Source of the DNA: Formosa sp.
Lineage (GTDB): Bacteria > Bacteroidota > Bacteroidia > Flavobacteriales > Flavobacteriaceae
NCBI GenBank assembly: GCA_002684355.1
Contig: NYVA01000029.1
Coordinates: forward strand, 75,244-139,243
Direction of reading: 5' to 3'
DNA: 64,000 nt
Part shown: positions 1 through 9,703 of the stretch, one piece after another
How positions within the stretch are numbered: position 1 is the stretch's first letter
How the letters are laid out: every line of letters begins with the position of its first letter
The notes under the pieces: model-generated
The model's input: the letters and a program-made list of their open reading frames with translations, nothing else
Database searches by the model: none
What the model was told of the DNA's origin: nothing
Translations under genes and position numbers: made by a program

Positions 1-1589
1 AAATCTTCACAGGTATTAATATCATCATAAATTGTCCATTCATTGATATTGAATATTGAGGAGCCCGCGGCCACATCTGCATTTCGAACCAGTGTTATAT
101 TTTTTGCGTAGTCACTATCGTCCCCAAGCGTTCCTAGGATGTCAATAAGGACTCCATTTTTAAATAAGCCAATGACATCGTTCCCATTGAAGCCGTTAAT
201 ACTGTTGTTTAAATCGTCTTCTACATCAGTGCAAACAGCAGCGCTACCATGCATAATGACATAAACCCCTGTGTTCGCAATGCTTGCATTGTTCGGAAAA
301 CTGTAGCTGTTGGAATTCCATGTACTGCTGCCATTTGTGCTTAGCTTCAATTCATAATTTGATAAATTGATTGTGGAGCCTGAAAAATTAGCAATTTCTA
401 AAGCCTTGTTAAAACTGCTACCTTCCATGTATTCTGAAAAAAAGAGATCTGGATTGCCACTGCTGCCACTTGTCGTGGTTTCACAAGCTTCATTGGATGG
501 CAGGGAGCTATTGTTGCTGCTGTCTATTGCAACCACTGTATAGCAGTAATTGGTTTCTGGACTCAACCCAATAATTGTTGTCGAGGTTGTATTCACATTG
601 GTGTAATAACTACCGTCTTTATAAATATCATAGCCACTTAACCCTACATTATCTGTTGAGGAATTCCAATTCAAATCAATACTGGTTGCAGTTGGATTTG
701 AAGCCACTAAGTTAGATGGTGCTGTGGGGGCCTCAGTATCGTCTTCTGCGTTCCAAACAGCATTGACATATTCGGGGTGGTCCACAAAAGGATTGCGATT
801 ACCTTGATGATCGTAGTAAATAGCATCATTACGGTCTATTTCTTTCTGAGATACAGGGTCTAAGTTGTGCCATTCCAGTAATATATTTAAAAAAACCGTT
901 TCAAAAACTTGATCACTACTGCCATTAAACATGGCATAACTACTCCAATTTGAAATTTGGTTCTGGTAGCGTGTTGCAAAATAAAAATGAATGCGGGCAA
1001 TGTCTCCTTTGAATTCATCTATGGGTTCAAACACAGTTCCAGAATAACCACTCGAATAACCACTGTTGAGGTTGTCTCCTAATTTAGACCCGTTTTGTGT
1101 TGGATTTGAAATGCCAGATTGAGAGGCCAGGTTGTTGTTATCCACACGTCCCATCGGAAAGTTACCACGAAATCCGTTGACCCTTCCATCAGTTGGCAAC
1201 AGCGAGTGAGCATCTCCTTGCATTGGAGCATTTTCATTAAAAACGGATTTTGGAATGATGTGTTCTTTGTTGTAGCAATCACCCTCACCAGAGTAGTTTC
1301 CACATTCATCGTTGAAAGGTGAAAAATTATAGGGATCTTGGCCATCAGGGTTTTCTGAGTAGATGTCTAATATGGTGTTATTATTTTCGTAATAATTATC
1401 TAAGTCATAATTTCTAAAAAACCCATCAATAGCACTGTAGCCTTGGTCATTTTGTTGATTAATAATATTATATAGTTGGGTTTTTAAAACGTACCCATTA
1501 CCAGTTGCGTTGTTGTAATAACCATTTGGAATTTGTGAAAATCCAAGATTGGTGCAAAGGACCAAAAAAAGTATGTAGTAATGTTTCAT
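1..1589 (-). CDS. Secreted endonuclease I family nuclease with FN3 and lamin-tail domains (3' end outside window; probable T9SS cargo)
   Basis: Not in ORF track. Read manually from ATG at 1589: MKHYYILFLVLCTNLGFSQIPNGYYNNATG...YNKEHIIPKS...FEPIDEFKGDIARIHFYFATRY...QGNRNPFVDHPEYV (endonuclease I motifs), DTEAPTAPSNL (FN3), LFFSEYMEGSSFNKALEI (LTD). Frame stays open to the window edge. ATG overlaps the upstream TGA (ATGA). Confidence 0.9.
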   Translation of the reverse strand, partial: MKHYYILFLVLCTNLGFSQIPNGYYNNATGNGYVLKTQLYNIINQQNDQGYSAIDGFFRNYDLDNYYENNNTILDIYSENPDGQDPYNFSPFNDECGNYSGEGDCYNKEHIIPKSVFNENAPMQGDAHSLLPTDGRVNGFRGNFPMGRVDNNNLASQSGISNPTQNGSKLGDNLNSGYSSGYSGTVFEPIDEFKGDIARIHFYFATRYQNQISNWSSYAMFNGSSDQVFETVFLNILLEWHNLDPVSQKEIDRNDAIYYDHQGNRNPFVDHPEYVNAVWNAEDDTEAPTAPSNLVASNPTATSIDLNWNSSTDNVGLSGYDIYKDGSYYTNVNTTSTTIIGLSPETNYCYTVVAIDSSNNSSLPSNEACETTTSGSSGNPDLFFSEYMEGSSFNKALEIANFSGSTINLSNYELKLSTNGSSTWNSNSYSFPNNASIANTGVYVIMHGSAAVCTDVEDDLNNSINGFNGNDVIGLFKNGVLIDILGTLGDDSDYAKNITLVRNADVAAGSSIFNINEWTIYDDINTCED

Positions 1590-2806
1590 TGAATTGGTTT
1601 TTCAAGAAGCGCCATATAAAAACCATCATATCCACTCTTGTGTGCAAATATTTTTTTTTCTTTGATTAATTTGAATTGTCTCCCTTCTTCAGATGCTATA
1701 AATTTAGCTATTTGTTCTTGGTTTTCAGACGGCAACACAGAACAAGTTGCATACACCATTTTTCCACCAGGTTTTAACATCTTAGAATAGTCTTGTAATA
1801 TGTGTTGTTGAGTTTTTTTTATTTTATCTAAAAATTCAGGTTTTAACTTCCATTTAGAATCTGGATTTCGACGTAAAACGCCCAAGCCAGAGCAGGGGGC
1901 GTCAATGAGCAAGCGATCCGCTTTTTCTTTAAGTTTTTTTATGGGTTTGGTAGAGTTAATCAACCTTAAATCAATGTTGTGTGCCCCATTTCTTTTGGCC
2001 CTCACTTTTAATTTTTTGAGTTTACTTTCGTAAATATCCATAGCAATGAGCGATCCTTTATTTTGCATCAATGCAGAAAGGTGTAGGGTCTTGCCACCAG
2101 CACCGGCACAAACATCCACCACTTTCATTCCTGGAGCTACCTCCAAAAAATCAGCTACCAATTGAGAGGAGGCATCTTGCACTTCAAACCAACCCATTTT
2201 AAAAGCTTCGGTTTTAAAGACGTTGGCACGTTCCACTAGTTTTAAAGCATTTGGGTAGCCTTTGATCTCTACGGTTTCAATATGCTCCGCACCTAGTTTA
2301 AGTTGAAGCTCTTTTTTAGAAGTTTTTAGTGTGTTTACCCTCAATATCACATCTGCTTGTTCGTTTTGTTTTGCTAATTCTTTGGACCAAACGATTTCCC
2401 CCAATTCTTTGATACCCAACGCATCTATCCAGTCTGGAATCGATTCCTTAATTTTTCGAATTTTACAGGCTTCATCAAAGCGGCCTTTAATTTTTCTAGC
2501 TGGTGTATTTTTAAAATATTTCCAGTCAGGCAATTTAATACCCCTAAGGGTCGCCCATACTGCAAAAAGCCGCCAAGCATCATCTCTACTGAAAGGTTCT
2601 TTAACTTCGGCAATTTCCGCGTAAAGCCTTTTCCAACGAACAATGTCGTAGGTGGTTTCTGCCACAAAACCACGATCGCGGCTGCCCCAACGTTTATCGC
2701 GTTTTAAAAGGGCTTGAATAACTTTATCGGCATATTTATTATTGTTGAAAACTTCAAGGACACCATCAATGATTGCAAAGCATAAATTTCTGTGTAAACG
2801 CATCAA
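1586..2806 (-). CDS. RsmB/NOP family RNA m5C methyltransferase
   Basis: FEVQDASSQL, VDVCAGAGGKT, LIDAPCSGLG, YATCS motifs. Confidence 0.9.
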   Translation of the reverse strand: MMRLHRNLCFAIIDGVLEVFNNNKYADKVIQALLKRDKRWGSRDRGFVAETTYDIVRWKRLYAEIAEVKEPFSRDDAWRLFAVWATLRGIKLPDWKYFKNTPARKIKGRFDEACKIRKIKESIPDWIDALGIKELGEIVWSKELAKQNEQADVILRVNTLKTSKKELQLKLGAEHIETVEIKGYPNALKLVERANVFKTEAFKMGWFEVQDASSQLVADFLEVAPGMKVVDVCAGAGGKTLHLSALMQNKGSLIAMDIYESKLKKLKVRAKRNGAHNIDLRLINSTKPIKKLKEKADRLLIDAPCSGLGVLRRNPDSKWKLKPEFLDKIKKTQQHILQDYSKMLKPGGKMVYATCSVLPSENQEQIAKFIASEEGRQFKLIKEKKIFAHKSGYDGFYMALLEKPIQ

Positions 2807-2822
2807 TTTTTTCTTAGAATTA

Positions 2823-2830
2823 CAAAGTTA
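2823..2830 (-). promoter_or_regulatory. Bacteroidota primary-sigma -7 box (TAACTTTG) for the RsmB-family gene
   Basis: Matches TAnnTTTG 16 nt upstream of the start codon. Confidence 0.6.
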
Positions 2831-2912
2831 CACTTAATAAATGGTTTCTCGAATAGCAAAGGATTTGTTTCTAAATTAAACTTAGATATTTTTTTAGAAA
2901 TCGTTTCTTTTA

Positions 2913-4742
2913 TTAATCCAAAGACTGCATTAATACCAATTTGTGATACATGCCTTTTTTATCTAAAAGTTCTTGATGCTTGCCTTGTTCTACAATTTCC
3001 CCTTGTTTCATTACAATGATTTGGTCAGCATTTTGAATGGTAGACAATCGGTGTGCAATGACTATAGAGGTGCGATTTTTCATCATATTTTCAAGCGCTT
3101 CTTGAACCAAGCGCTCGCTTTCAGTATCCAATGCGGATGTCGCCTCGTCTAAAATCATAATGGGTGCGTTTTTAAGCACGGCCCTTGCAATACTTAAGCG
3201 CTGTTTTTGACCTCCTGAGAGACTGTTTCCAGCATCTCCAATGTTTGAATCAATTTCTCCTGGTAATTCTTTTACAAATTCCCAAGCATTAGCAACTTTA
3301 AGTGCCTCAATAATTTCATCATTTGTAGCATTTTCGTTTCCTATAAGTAAGTTGTTTTTGATACTATTATTAAATAAAATGGAATCTTGAGTCACCAGTC
3401 CAATTTGAGACCTTAAAGATTTTTTTGTAAACTTTTTTATATCGATACCATCAATTTCAATGCTACCCTCATTGACATCGTAAAAACGCGTCAAAAGATT
3501 GGCAATGGTAGATTTTCCACTCCCTGATTGCCCCACCAAAGCTACCGTCTGACCTTTTTTGACAGAGATGGAGAAATCATTTAAAACATTTTCTTTTTCG
3601 TATCTAAAAACAATGTTTTTGAGGGCAATTGATTTCTTGAATTCTGATAAAAATTTTGCGTTTTCTTCATCCGACATGCTACCTTCACTCTCTAATACTT
3701 CAAATACACGGTCGGCAGCTGCAATGCCATTCTTCACTTTATAAGAGGCTTTACTTATGGCTTTTGCAGGTGTTAATATGCCGTAGGCAAGTCCCATAAA
3801 TCCAATAAATGTAGTGCCTTCAATTGCTTTTTCAATCAATACCAGTTTACCGCCATACCACAACAGTGCTGCAATGGTTACAATCCCTAGAAATTCGCTC
3901 AAAGGCCCTGATAAGTTGTTTTTATTTCCAATCTTATTGATTAATCTTAAAATCCGGTCTGCAGAGTTTGAAAAACGCTGTTTAAAGCTTGCTTCTGCAT
4001 TATAGCTTTTTACAATTTTTAGTCCTGATAATGTTTCTTCTACAGTAGAAATAAGCAATCCTGATTCCTCTTGTGCTTTGAGAGATTGTCGTTTTAAACG
4101 TTTTCCGATGTTGGAAATTAAAAATCCAGAAATAGGAATAAAAAGTAGTACAAAAAGTGAAAGTTGCCAACTTAAGGTAAACATGACAATAAGTGAAAAA
4201 ACGATTGTTAATGGCTCTCTTACAATGAGTTCTAAAATAATAAAGAAAGAATTTTGCATTTCATTAATATCTCCTAATATTCGCGCCATGATATCCCCTT
4301 TTTTTCTATTGGCGTAAAAGCTAACAGGAAGTTCTACAATATGTTTGAACATATGTTTTCTTAAATCTGTTAAAATCCCATTCTTTAAATACATGACATG
4401 TTGCATGGAAAGGTATCCAAAAAGATTTTTCAGAAAAAATGTTGCCACCACAACACCCACCACAATCAGCAATGCCATTTGACCATTGCCTGCATCTAAT
4501 AGTGCGGTGATTTTAAAGTTTAAGCTGTCGTTAGCATAGTTCTTAAGGTCTCCAATGCCGTTCCAGACGGGTGCTTTTGTGACTTTCTGAGTTTTGTCAA
4601 ATAACACATTGAGCATGGGAATTAATGAAACAAAGGCAAGGGTCCCAAAAAGCGCGTACAGTAGGTTGAATAAAATGTTTAAAACAACATGTTTTTTGTA
4701 GTTTTTTATAAAAGGCCATAATTGTAGAAGAATTTTTTTCAT
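2913..4742 (-). CDS. MsbA-like ABC exporter (fused TMD-NBD)
   Basis: N-terminal TM helices, GQSGSGKS Walker A, LSGGQKQR signature, ILDEATSALD. Confidence 0.9.
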   Translation of the reverse strand: MKKILLQLWPFIKNYKKHVVLNILFNLLYALFGTLAFVSLIPMLNVLFDKTQKVTKAPVWNGIGDLKNYANDSLNFKITALLDAGNGQMALLIVVGVVVATFFLKNLFGYLSMQHVMYLKNGILTDLRKHMFKHIVELPVSFYANRKKGDIMARILGDINEMQNSFFIILELIVREPLTIVFSLIVMFTLSWQLSLFVLLFIPISGFLISNIGKRLKRQSLKAQEESGLLISTVEETLSGLKIVKSYNAEASFKQRFSNSADRILRLINKIGNKNNLSGPLSEFLGIVTIAALLWYGGKLVLIEKAIEGTTFIGFMGLAYGILTPAKAISKASYKVKNGIAAADRVFEVLESEGSMSDEENAKFLSEFKKSIALKNIVFRYEKENVLNDFSISVKKGQTVALVGQSGSGKSTIANLLTRFYDVNEGSIEIDGIDIKKFTKKSLRSQIGLVTQDSILFNNSIKNNLLIGNENATNDEIIEALKVANAWEFVKELPGEIDSNIGDAGNSLSGGQKQRLSIARAVLKNAPIMILDEATSALDTESERLVQEALENMMKNRTSIVIAHRLSTIQNADQIIVMKQGEIVEQGKHQELLDKKGMYHKLVLMQSLD

Positions 4743-4743
4743 C

Positions 4744-6477
4744 TTATTCCAAATTCATTGCTTTTAAAATTTTAGTAATTTTTACTTCTAGTTCTGATTC
4801 TGTTGACTCAAATTCTGAAGCAACTTTTAGCGCTTTATTAACACTGATATAATATTTAATTTTTGGCTCTGTTCCACTGGGCCTCAAAGCAATTCTACTG
4901 CCGTCATCTGTAGTAAAAATAAGAACATTTGCTTTTGGAATAATTATAGTTGAAGAAGTGTTTGTTGTGGGGTCATATGAAATTGAAGATTGGTAATCTT
5001 CAATTTTTATAACGCTTGAACCATTAATTTCAAGTGGTGGAGATGTTCGGGCTTCATCCATTATTTTTTGAATTTCCTGGGCACCACTTTTCCCTTTTTT
5101 AGTGATTGAAATAAGCCGCTCCTTAAAAAAGCCATGTGTGGCGTATAAATCAATTAGTTCACTAAAAAAAGAACTACCTTTAGCCTTAGCCAAGGTTGCA
5201 ATTTCACAAGCCAGAAGGGTAGAAGTAACCGCGTCTTTATCACGTACAAAATCTCCAACCATAAATCCAAAGCTTTCTTCACCACCGCCAATAAAATCCA
5301 TATTTGAGTATTCTTCTATCATCTTGGCAATCCATTTAAAGCCAGTAAGCCCAATTTTACAGTCCACATTGTAAGCGGCAGTTAACTTCGGAAGCATCGG
5401 GGTTGAGACAATGGTAGAGCCCACAAATTGATTGCCGTTAATTTTTCCATCTTTTTTCCATTGGTCCAATAAAAACTTTGTCATCAGCACCATGGTTTGA
5501 TTACCATTTAAAAGCGTCAGTTCTCCCGATATATTTCGAACGGCTATACCCAGGCGATCACAATCAGGATCGGTTCCAATAACAATATCTGCATTAACTT
5601 TTTTAGCCAATTCTAAAGCCATTTTGAGGGCTTCTGGTTCTTCTGGATTGGGGGATTTAACAGTTGGGAAGTCCCCGTCAGGAAGTGCTTGCTCTTTAAC
5701 AATGTGTACGTTTTTGTAACCTGCTCTTTTAAGGGTTTCGGGAACGGCTGTAATTGAAGTGCCGTGAAGTGATGTAAAAACAATACTTAATTCGTCTCTA
5801 TTTTCTAATGAGTTTTGCTTGAGCACACCATTTTCAACGGCTGCTTCTATAAAAACATCATCAACATTAGAACCAATCTTATAAATTAAAGCATCATTTG
5901 CTTTAAAATTTATGTCTTTATAGTCTAAGTTGTCTATAACTCTTATGATTGCTTTATCGTGTGGGGGCACCAGTTGTCCTCCATCCTTCCAATAGACTTT
6001 ATAACCATTGTATTCTGGCGGATTGTGAGAAGCTGTCAAGACAATTCCACATTGACAATTCAAATGTTTGATGGTAAATGATAATTCCGGGGTGGCTCTA
6101 AGATCTTCAAATAAAAAAACTTCAATATCATTGGCTGAAAATACGTCTGCTACAATTTTCGCAAAAGATTTACTATTGTGCCTACAGTCATAGGCGATGG
6201 CTACTTTTAATTTTTCTTCACTATATAATTGCTTCAAATAATCAGAAAGGCCTTGGGTATTTCTCCCCAATGTGTACTTGTTAATTCGGTTGGTGCCAAC
6301 CCCCATAACGCCTCGCATTCCACCAGTTCCGAATTCTAAGTTTTTATAAAATCGGTCTTCTAATTCTTCGGGATATTCCTGAAGTTTGGTGATTTCATCT
6401 TTGGTCTCTTGGTCAAAAAAATCTTGTTGCCAATTTGAAATTTTGGATTGTATTTCTGAACTAAGGGATGACACCAT
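4744..6477 (-). CDS. Phosphoglucomutase/phosphomannomutase
   Basis: FGTGGMRG, TASHNP phosphoserine loop, DPDCDR metal loop, GEESFG, RPSGTEPKIK. Confidence 0.92.
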   Translation of the reverse strand: MVSSLSSEIQSKISNWQQDFFDQETKDEITKLQEYPEELEDRFYKNLEFGTGGMRGVMGVGTNRINKYTLGRNTQGLSDYLKQLYSEEKLKVAIAYDCRHNSKSFAKIVADVFSANDIEVFLFEDLRATPELSFTIKHLNCQCGIVLTASHNPPEYNGYKVYWKDGGQLVPPHDKAIIRVIDNLDYKDINFKANDALIYKIGSNVDDVFIEAAVENGVLKQNSLENRDELSIVFTSLHGTSITAVPETLKRAGYKNVHIVKEQALPDGDFPTVKSPNPEEPEALKMALELAKKVNADIVIGTDPDCDRLGIAVRNISGELTLLNGNQTMVLMTKFLLDQWKKDGKINGNQFVGSTIVSTPMLPKLTAAYNVDCKIGLTGFKWIAKMIEEYSNMDFIGGGEESFGFMVGDFVRDKDAVTSTLLACEIATLAKAKGSSFFSELIDLYATHGFFKERLISITKKGKSGAQEIQKIMDEARTSPPLEINGSSVIKIEDYQSSISYDPTTNTSSTIIIPKANVLIFTTDDGSRIALRPSGTEPKIKYYISVNKALKVASEFESTESELEVKITKILKAMNLE

Positions 6478-6534
6478 TGGTTATTTTTTCCAAATTTAGT
6501 TATTTACAAAATTAAAGTGGTTTGTTTCACAAGA

Positions 6535-7497
6535 TTATTTAGTTGTTGTATCTTCTGAGATTTGGTAGCGCTCTTTATGGCTTCTCGATTGTAAAATAAT
6601 TTCACCCAAAAACCCAGCCACAAAGAATTGGGTTCCAATAATCATTGTTGTCAAGGCAATAAAAAATTCAGGCCGCTCAGAAATTAAACGTCCAGAGGGG
6701 TTGAAGTATAATTTATCGACCCCTAGATAGGCTGCAAAAGTAAACCCAATGATGAGCATTAATACTCCAAGAAATCCAAAAAAGTGCATTGGGCGTTTCC
6801 CAAATCTTGAAGTAAACCATATTGTAATCAAGTCCAAAAAGCCATTTATAAATCGTTCCATACCAAATTTTGTTTTGCCGTGTTTTCTAGGCTGATGTGC
6901 CACTATTTTCTCTGAAATATTTTTAAATCCAGCATTCGCTGCCAAAACGGGAATATAGCGGTGCATTTCTCCGTAAACTTCAATGGTTTTAATCACGTCT
7001 TTTTTGTAGGCCTTTAATCCGCAATTAAAATCGTTGAGCGCGATTCCTGATACTTTTCTAGCGGCCCAATTAAATAACTTAGAGGGTAAATTTTTAGCGA
7101 AATACCGGTCATAGCGTTTTTTCTTCCAACCCGATACCACATCATTTTTATTGTTTTTAATCATATTAAAGAGGCCAGGAATTTCCTCAGGACTGTCTTG
7201 TAAATCTGCATCCATAGTAATGACGACATCGCCAAAGGCCCTTTCAAACCCGGCGTGAAGTGCTTGTGATTTCCCGAAGTTCTTTGAAAAACGAATACCA
7301 AAAACAGCAGGATTTTTCACACAGAGGGTTTTGATAATTTCCCAAGATTGGTCTCGGCTTCCATCGTCTATAAAAATAAGTTCATAAGAAAATCCATTAG
7401 ACTGCATTGTTTTTGCAATCCATTCGTGGAGTTCTCCTAAAGAATCTTGCTCGTCTAAGAGGGGTATAACAACTGAAATATCCATTGGAATTGGCAT
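6535..7497 (-). CDS. GT2 glycosyltransferase, polyprenol-phosphate sugar transferase (ArnC/DPM1-like); start may be 7485
   Basis: IDDGSRD, NFGKSQAL, MDADLQDSP, two C-terminal TM helices. Confidence 0.88.
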   Translation of the reverse strand: MPIPMDISVVIPLLDEQDSLGELHEWIAKTMQSNGFSYELIFIDDGSRDQSWEIIKTLCVKNPAVFGIRFSKNFGKSQALHAGFERAFGDVVITMDADLQDSPEEIPGLFNMIKNNKNDVVSGWKKKRYDRYFAKNLPSKLFNWAARKVSGIALNDFNCGLKAYKKDVIKTIEVYGEMHRYIPVLAANAGFKNISEKIVAHQPRKHGKTKFGMERFINGFLDLITIWFTSRFGKRPMHFFGFLGVLMLIIGFTFAAYLGVDKLYFNPSGRLISERPEFFIALTTMIIGTQFFVAGFLGEIILQSRSHKERYQISEDTTTK

Positions 7498-7519
7498 AAG
7501 ACCCTCAAAAATAACGAAA

Positions 7520-8050
7520 TTATGCTTTGTTTGTGTCCGATTTCTTTATTATTGCTGCTACAATGAGCCCTAACAATGAAATAAATGCAAGAAAGAAAAC
7601 ATAATTTTGTAGTTGAGTTGCAATTGAAAAATTATCTTTTTTACTGGCTTCTAATAATGTTTGTGCCACCAATTCTTCTGGTGCATTAAAGCGCTCCATA
7701 GATTCTTTTGTCACAATCAAAATTTGCTCGTTTAAATATGCAGCAGCATCCGTGTCTATGAAAGAAAAAATAGCAACGCTCACAAAAGTGCTAATTCCAA
7801 TTCCTAGTGCTACAGTTATAAAATAGTTAGAAAAAGCCCCCTTAAAGTCAATAAATCCACCGAGTGTACTTTTCGCCCTTTTGGCCGCCAATACACCAAA
7901 TACGATCACCGTTGTCACACTCAAAAGGCTTACCCACCATTTGATCATCAAATCTAAATTCACTGCATATAATAATACGGTTATAAAAGATAATGTGGCA
8001 CCTAAATAGAGGCCTAAATTAACGGAGTTTTGCTTTGTGGTTGGTTTCAT
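7520..8050 (-). CDS. DUF4199 family membrane protein
   Basis: 4-TM pattern, size and position upstream of GT2, as typical in Bacteroidota. Confidence 0.7.
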   Translation of the reverse strand: MKPTTKQNSVNLGLYLGATLSFITVLLYAVNLDLMIKWWVSLLSVTTVIVFGVLAAKRAKSTLGGFIDFKGAFSNYFITVALGIGISTFVSVAIFSFIDTDAAAYLNEQILIVTKESMERFNAPEELVAQTLLEASKKDNFSIATQLQNYVFFLAFISLLGLIVAAIIKKSDTNKA

Positions 8051-8077
8051 ATTTAAAAAATTTATAGTTTTTTATTT

Positions 8078-8107
8078 ATTAGATGCAATTTGCTAAAAAA
8101 TGTTACA
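8078..8107 (-). promoter_or_regulatory. Putative ECF-sigma promoter TGTAAC-N16-CATCTAAT
   Basis: Same -35 hexamer and 16-nt spacer as the motif upstream of the ECF sigma gene at 22219-22247. Confidence 0.55.
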
Positions 8108-8160
8108 GCACAGTCGTAGAAATAAAATTAATAATCTGTTGTGATATTGTAAAAAATAAT

Positions 8161-8168
8161 TAAATTTG
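8161..8168 (+). promoter_or_regulatory. -7 box TAAATTTG for rpmE2
   Basis: TAnnTTTG consensus 29 nt upstream of ATG. Confidence 0.6.
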
Positions 8169-8197
8169 CAATTCGAAAAATCGAAATAAAGCATACG

Positions 8198-8449
8198 ATG
8201 AAAAAAGGAGTCCACCCAGAAAATTACAGACTTGTAGCGTTTAAAGACATGTCTAATGACGATGTTTTTTTAACAAAATCAACCGCAGACACCAATGAAA
8301 CACTCGAAGTTGAAGGCGTTGAATACCCACTTATTAAGTTAGAGATTTCTAGAACTTCACACCCTTATTACACTGGTAAGTCTAAATTGGTAGACACTGC
8401 AGGCCGTATTGATAAGTTCAAAACAAAATATTCTAAGTTTAAAAAATAA
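8198..8449 (+). CDS. rpmE2: 50S ribosomal protein L31 type B
   Basis: MKKGVHPENYRLVAFKD...SHPYYTGK...DTAGRIDKF; no Zn-binding cysteines. Confidence 0.95.
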   Translation: MKKGVHPENYRLVAFKDMSNDDVFLTKSTADTNETLEVEGVEYPLIKLEISRTSHPYYTGKSKLVDTAGRIDKFKTKYSKFKK

Positions 8450-8470
8450 TTTAGCAATCTATACAATATT

Positions 8471-8502
8471 AAAAGCCTTTCATCGTCATGAAAGGCTTTT
8501 TT
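8471..8502 (+). terminator. Rho-independent terminator after rpmE2
   Basis: AAAAGCCTTTCAT-cgtc-ATGAAAGGCTTTT followed by a T-tract. Confidence 0.85.
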
Positions 8503-8527
8503 GTTATTTTTACAAAAAATAATTTAG

Positions 8528-9703
8528 ATGAATTATATTCTCTTTGATGGTCCCTTCCGCAACGCCTTATTGCCTTTTACTTACACAAGGCCGGTTGCAG
8601 ACATTCGCATTGGGATTTTAACCATCCGTGAGAAATGGGAAACCTTTCTTGGTTTGACAACAACAACTGTCACAGAAGACTATTTGTCTAATAAATTTCC
8701 AATGGTAGAGTTTTCAGATAACACCATGATTAACGGATCTTACCTCCCTACGCAAGAGCTTGCTGATATGCTTCAGAACTTAAATGAAAATGAAGCTGTT
8801 TTTGACGGAGAGGTTGTTGTTGCTTTTAGGGTTTCAGACACTCAAGAAAGTGTTGATTTTACACAGTTTAAAATACACAGCTGCCCAGAGTCCGTACTTT
8901 CCATTAAAAACACTTGGGATATATTTCAACTCAATGGGGTTGCTATTGAGGCAGATTTTAATTTGATAACAAAAGACAAGACTTCACAACCTATACCAAA
9001 AACAGTAAAAACGCTGAACGAAGCCAATGTTTTTATTGAAGAAGGCGTTAACTTAAATCACTGTGTTTTAAACGCAACTGATGGCCCCATATACATCGGT
9101 AAAAATGCCGAAATTATGGAAGGTAGTTTGGTGCGTGGCCCTTTTGCGTTATGTGAAAATTCTACTTTAAAAATGGGAGCTAAGATTTATGGCCCTACAA
9201 CTGTTGGGCCGCACTCTAAAGTTGGTGGTGAGGTCAATAATTCGGTCATTTTTGGTTATTCTAATAAAACCCATGATGGATTTTTAGGTAATTCTGTGAT
9301 AGGTGAGTGGTGTAATTTGGGTGCAGACACGAATACTTCAAATTTAAAAAACAACTATTCGGATGTGCGTCTTTGGAACTATGAATCTGAAAATTTTGCG
9401 AGAACCGGCCTCCAGTTTTGTGGACTGATGATGGGAGATCACAGTAAATGTTCCATCAATACCATGTTTAATACAGGAACTGTAGTAGGGGTAAGTGCCA
9501 ATATTTTTGGCACTGGCTTCCCTAGAAATTTTGTACCCAGTTTTAGTTGGGGCGGCAGTCAGGGAATGAGTACCTATTTGACTAAAAAAGCGTTTGAAGT
9601 GGCTTCTGCTGTCTTTCAACGTCGAGGCTTAGAATTTACCCTGCAGGAAGCTGAAATTCTAGAGCAGGTTTTTAAAATGAGCAATAAACACAGGCCTGCT
9701 TAA
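8528..9703 (+). CDS. GlmU-like sugar nucleotidyltransferase/hexapeptide-repeat protein (Bacteroidota family)
   Basis: LLPFTYTRPVADIRIGILTIREKW N-terminus and left-handed beta-helix repeats. Confidence 0.85.
   Translation: MNYILFDGPFRNALLPFTYTRPVADIRIGILTIREKWETFLGLTTTTVTEDYLSNKFPMVEFSDNTMINGSYLPTQELADMLQNLNENEAVFDGEVVVAFRVSDTQESVDFTQFKIHSCPESVLSIKNTWDIFQLNGVAIEADFNLITKDKTSQPIPKTVKTLNEANVFIEEGVNLNHCVLNATDGPIYIGKNAEIMEGSLVRGPFALCENSTLKMGAKIYGPTTVGPHSKVGGEVNNSVIFGYSNKTHDGFLGNSVIGEWCNLGADTNTSNLKNNYSDVRLWNYESENFARTGLQFCGLMMGDHSKCSINTMFNTGTVVGVSANIFGTGFPRNFVPSFSWGGSQGMSTYLTKKAFEVASAVFQRRGLEFTLQEAEILEQVFKMSNKHRPA

Noticed and set aside
1079-1345. Track ORFs 1079-1345 (-) and 1119-1322 (+)
   Set aside because: Both lie inside the real endonuclease gene, in another frame or strand
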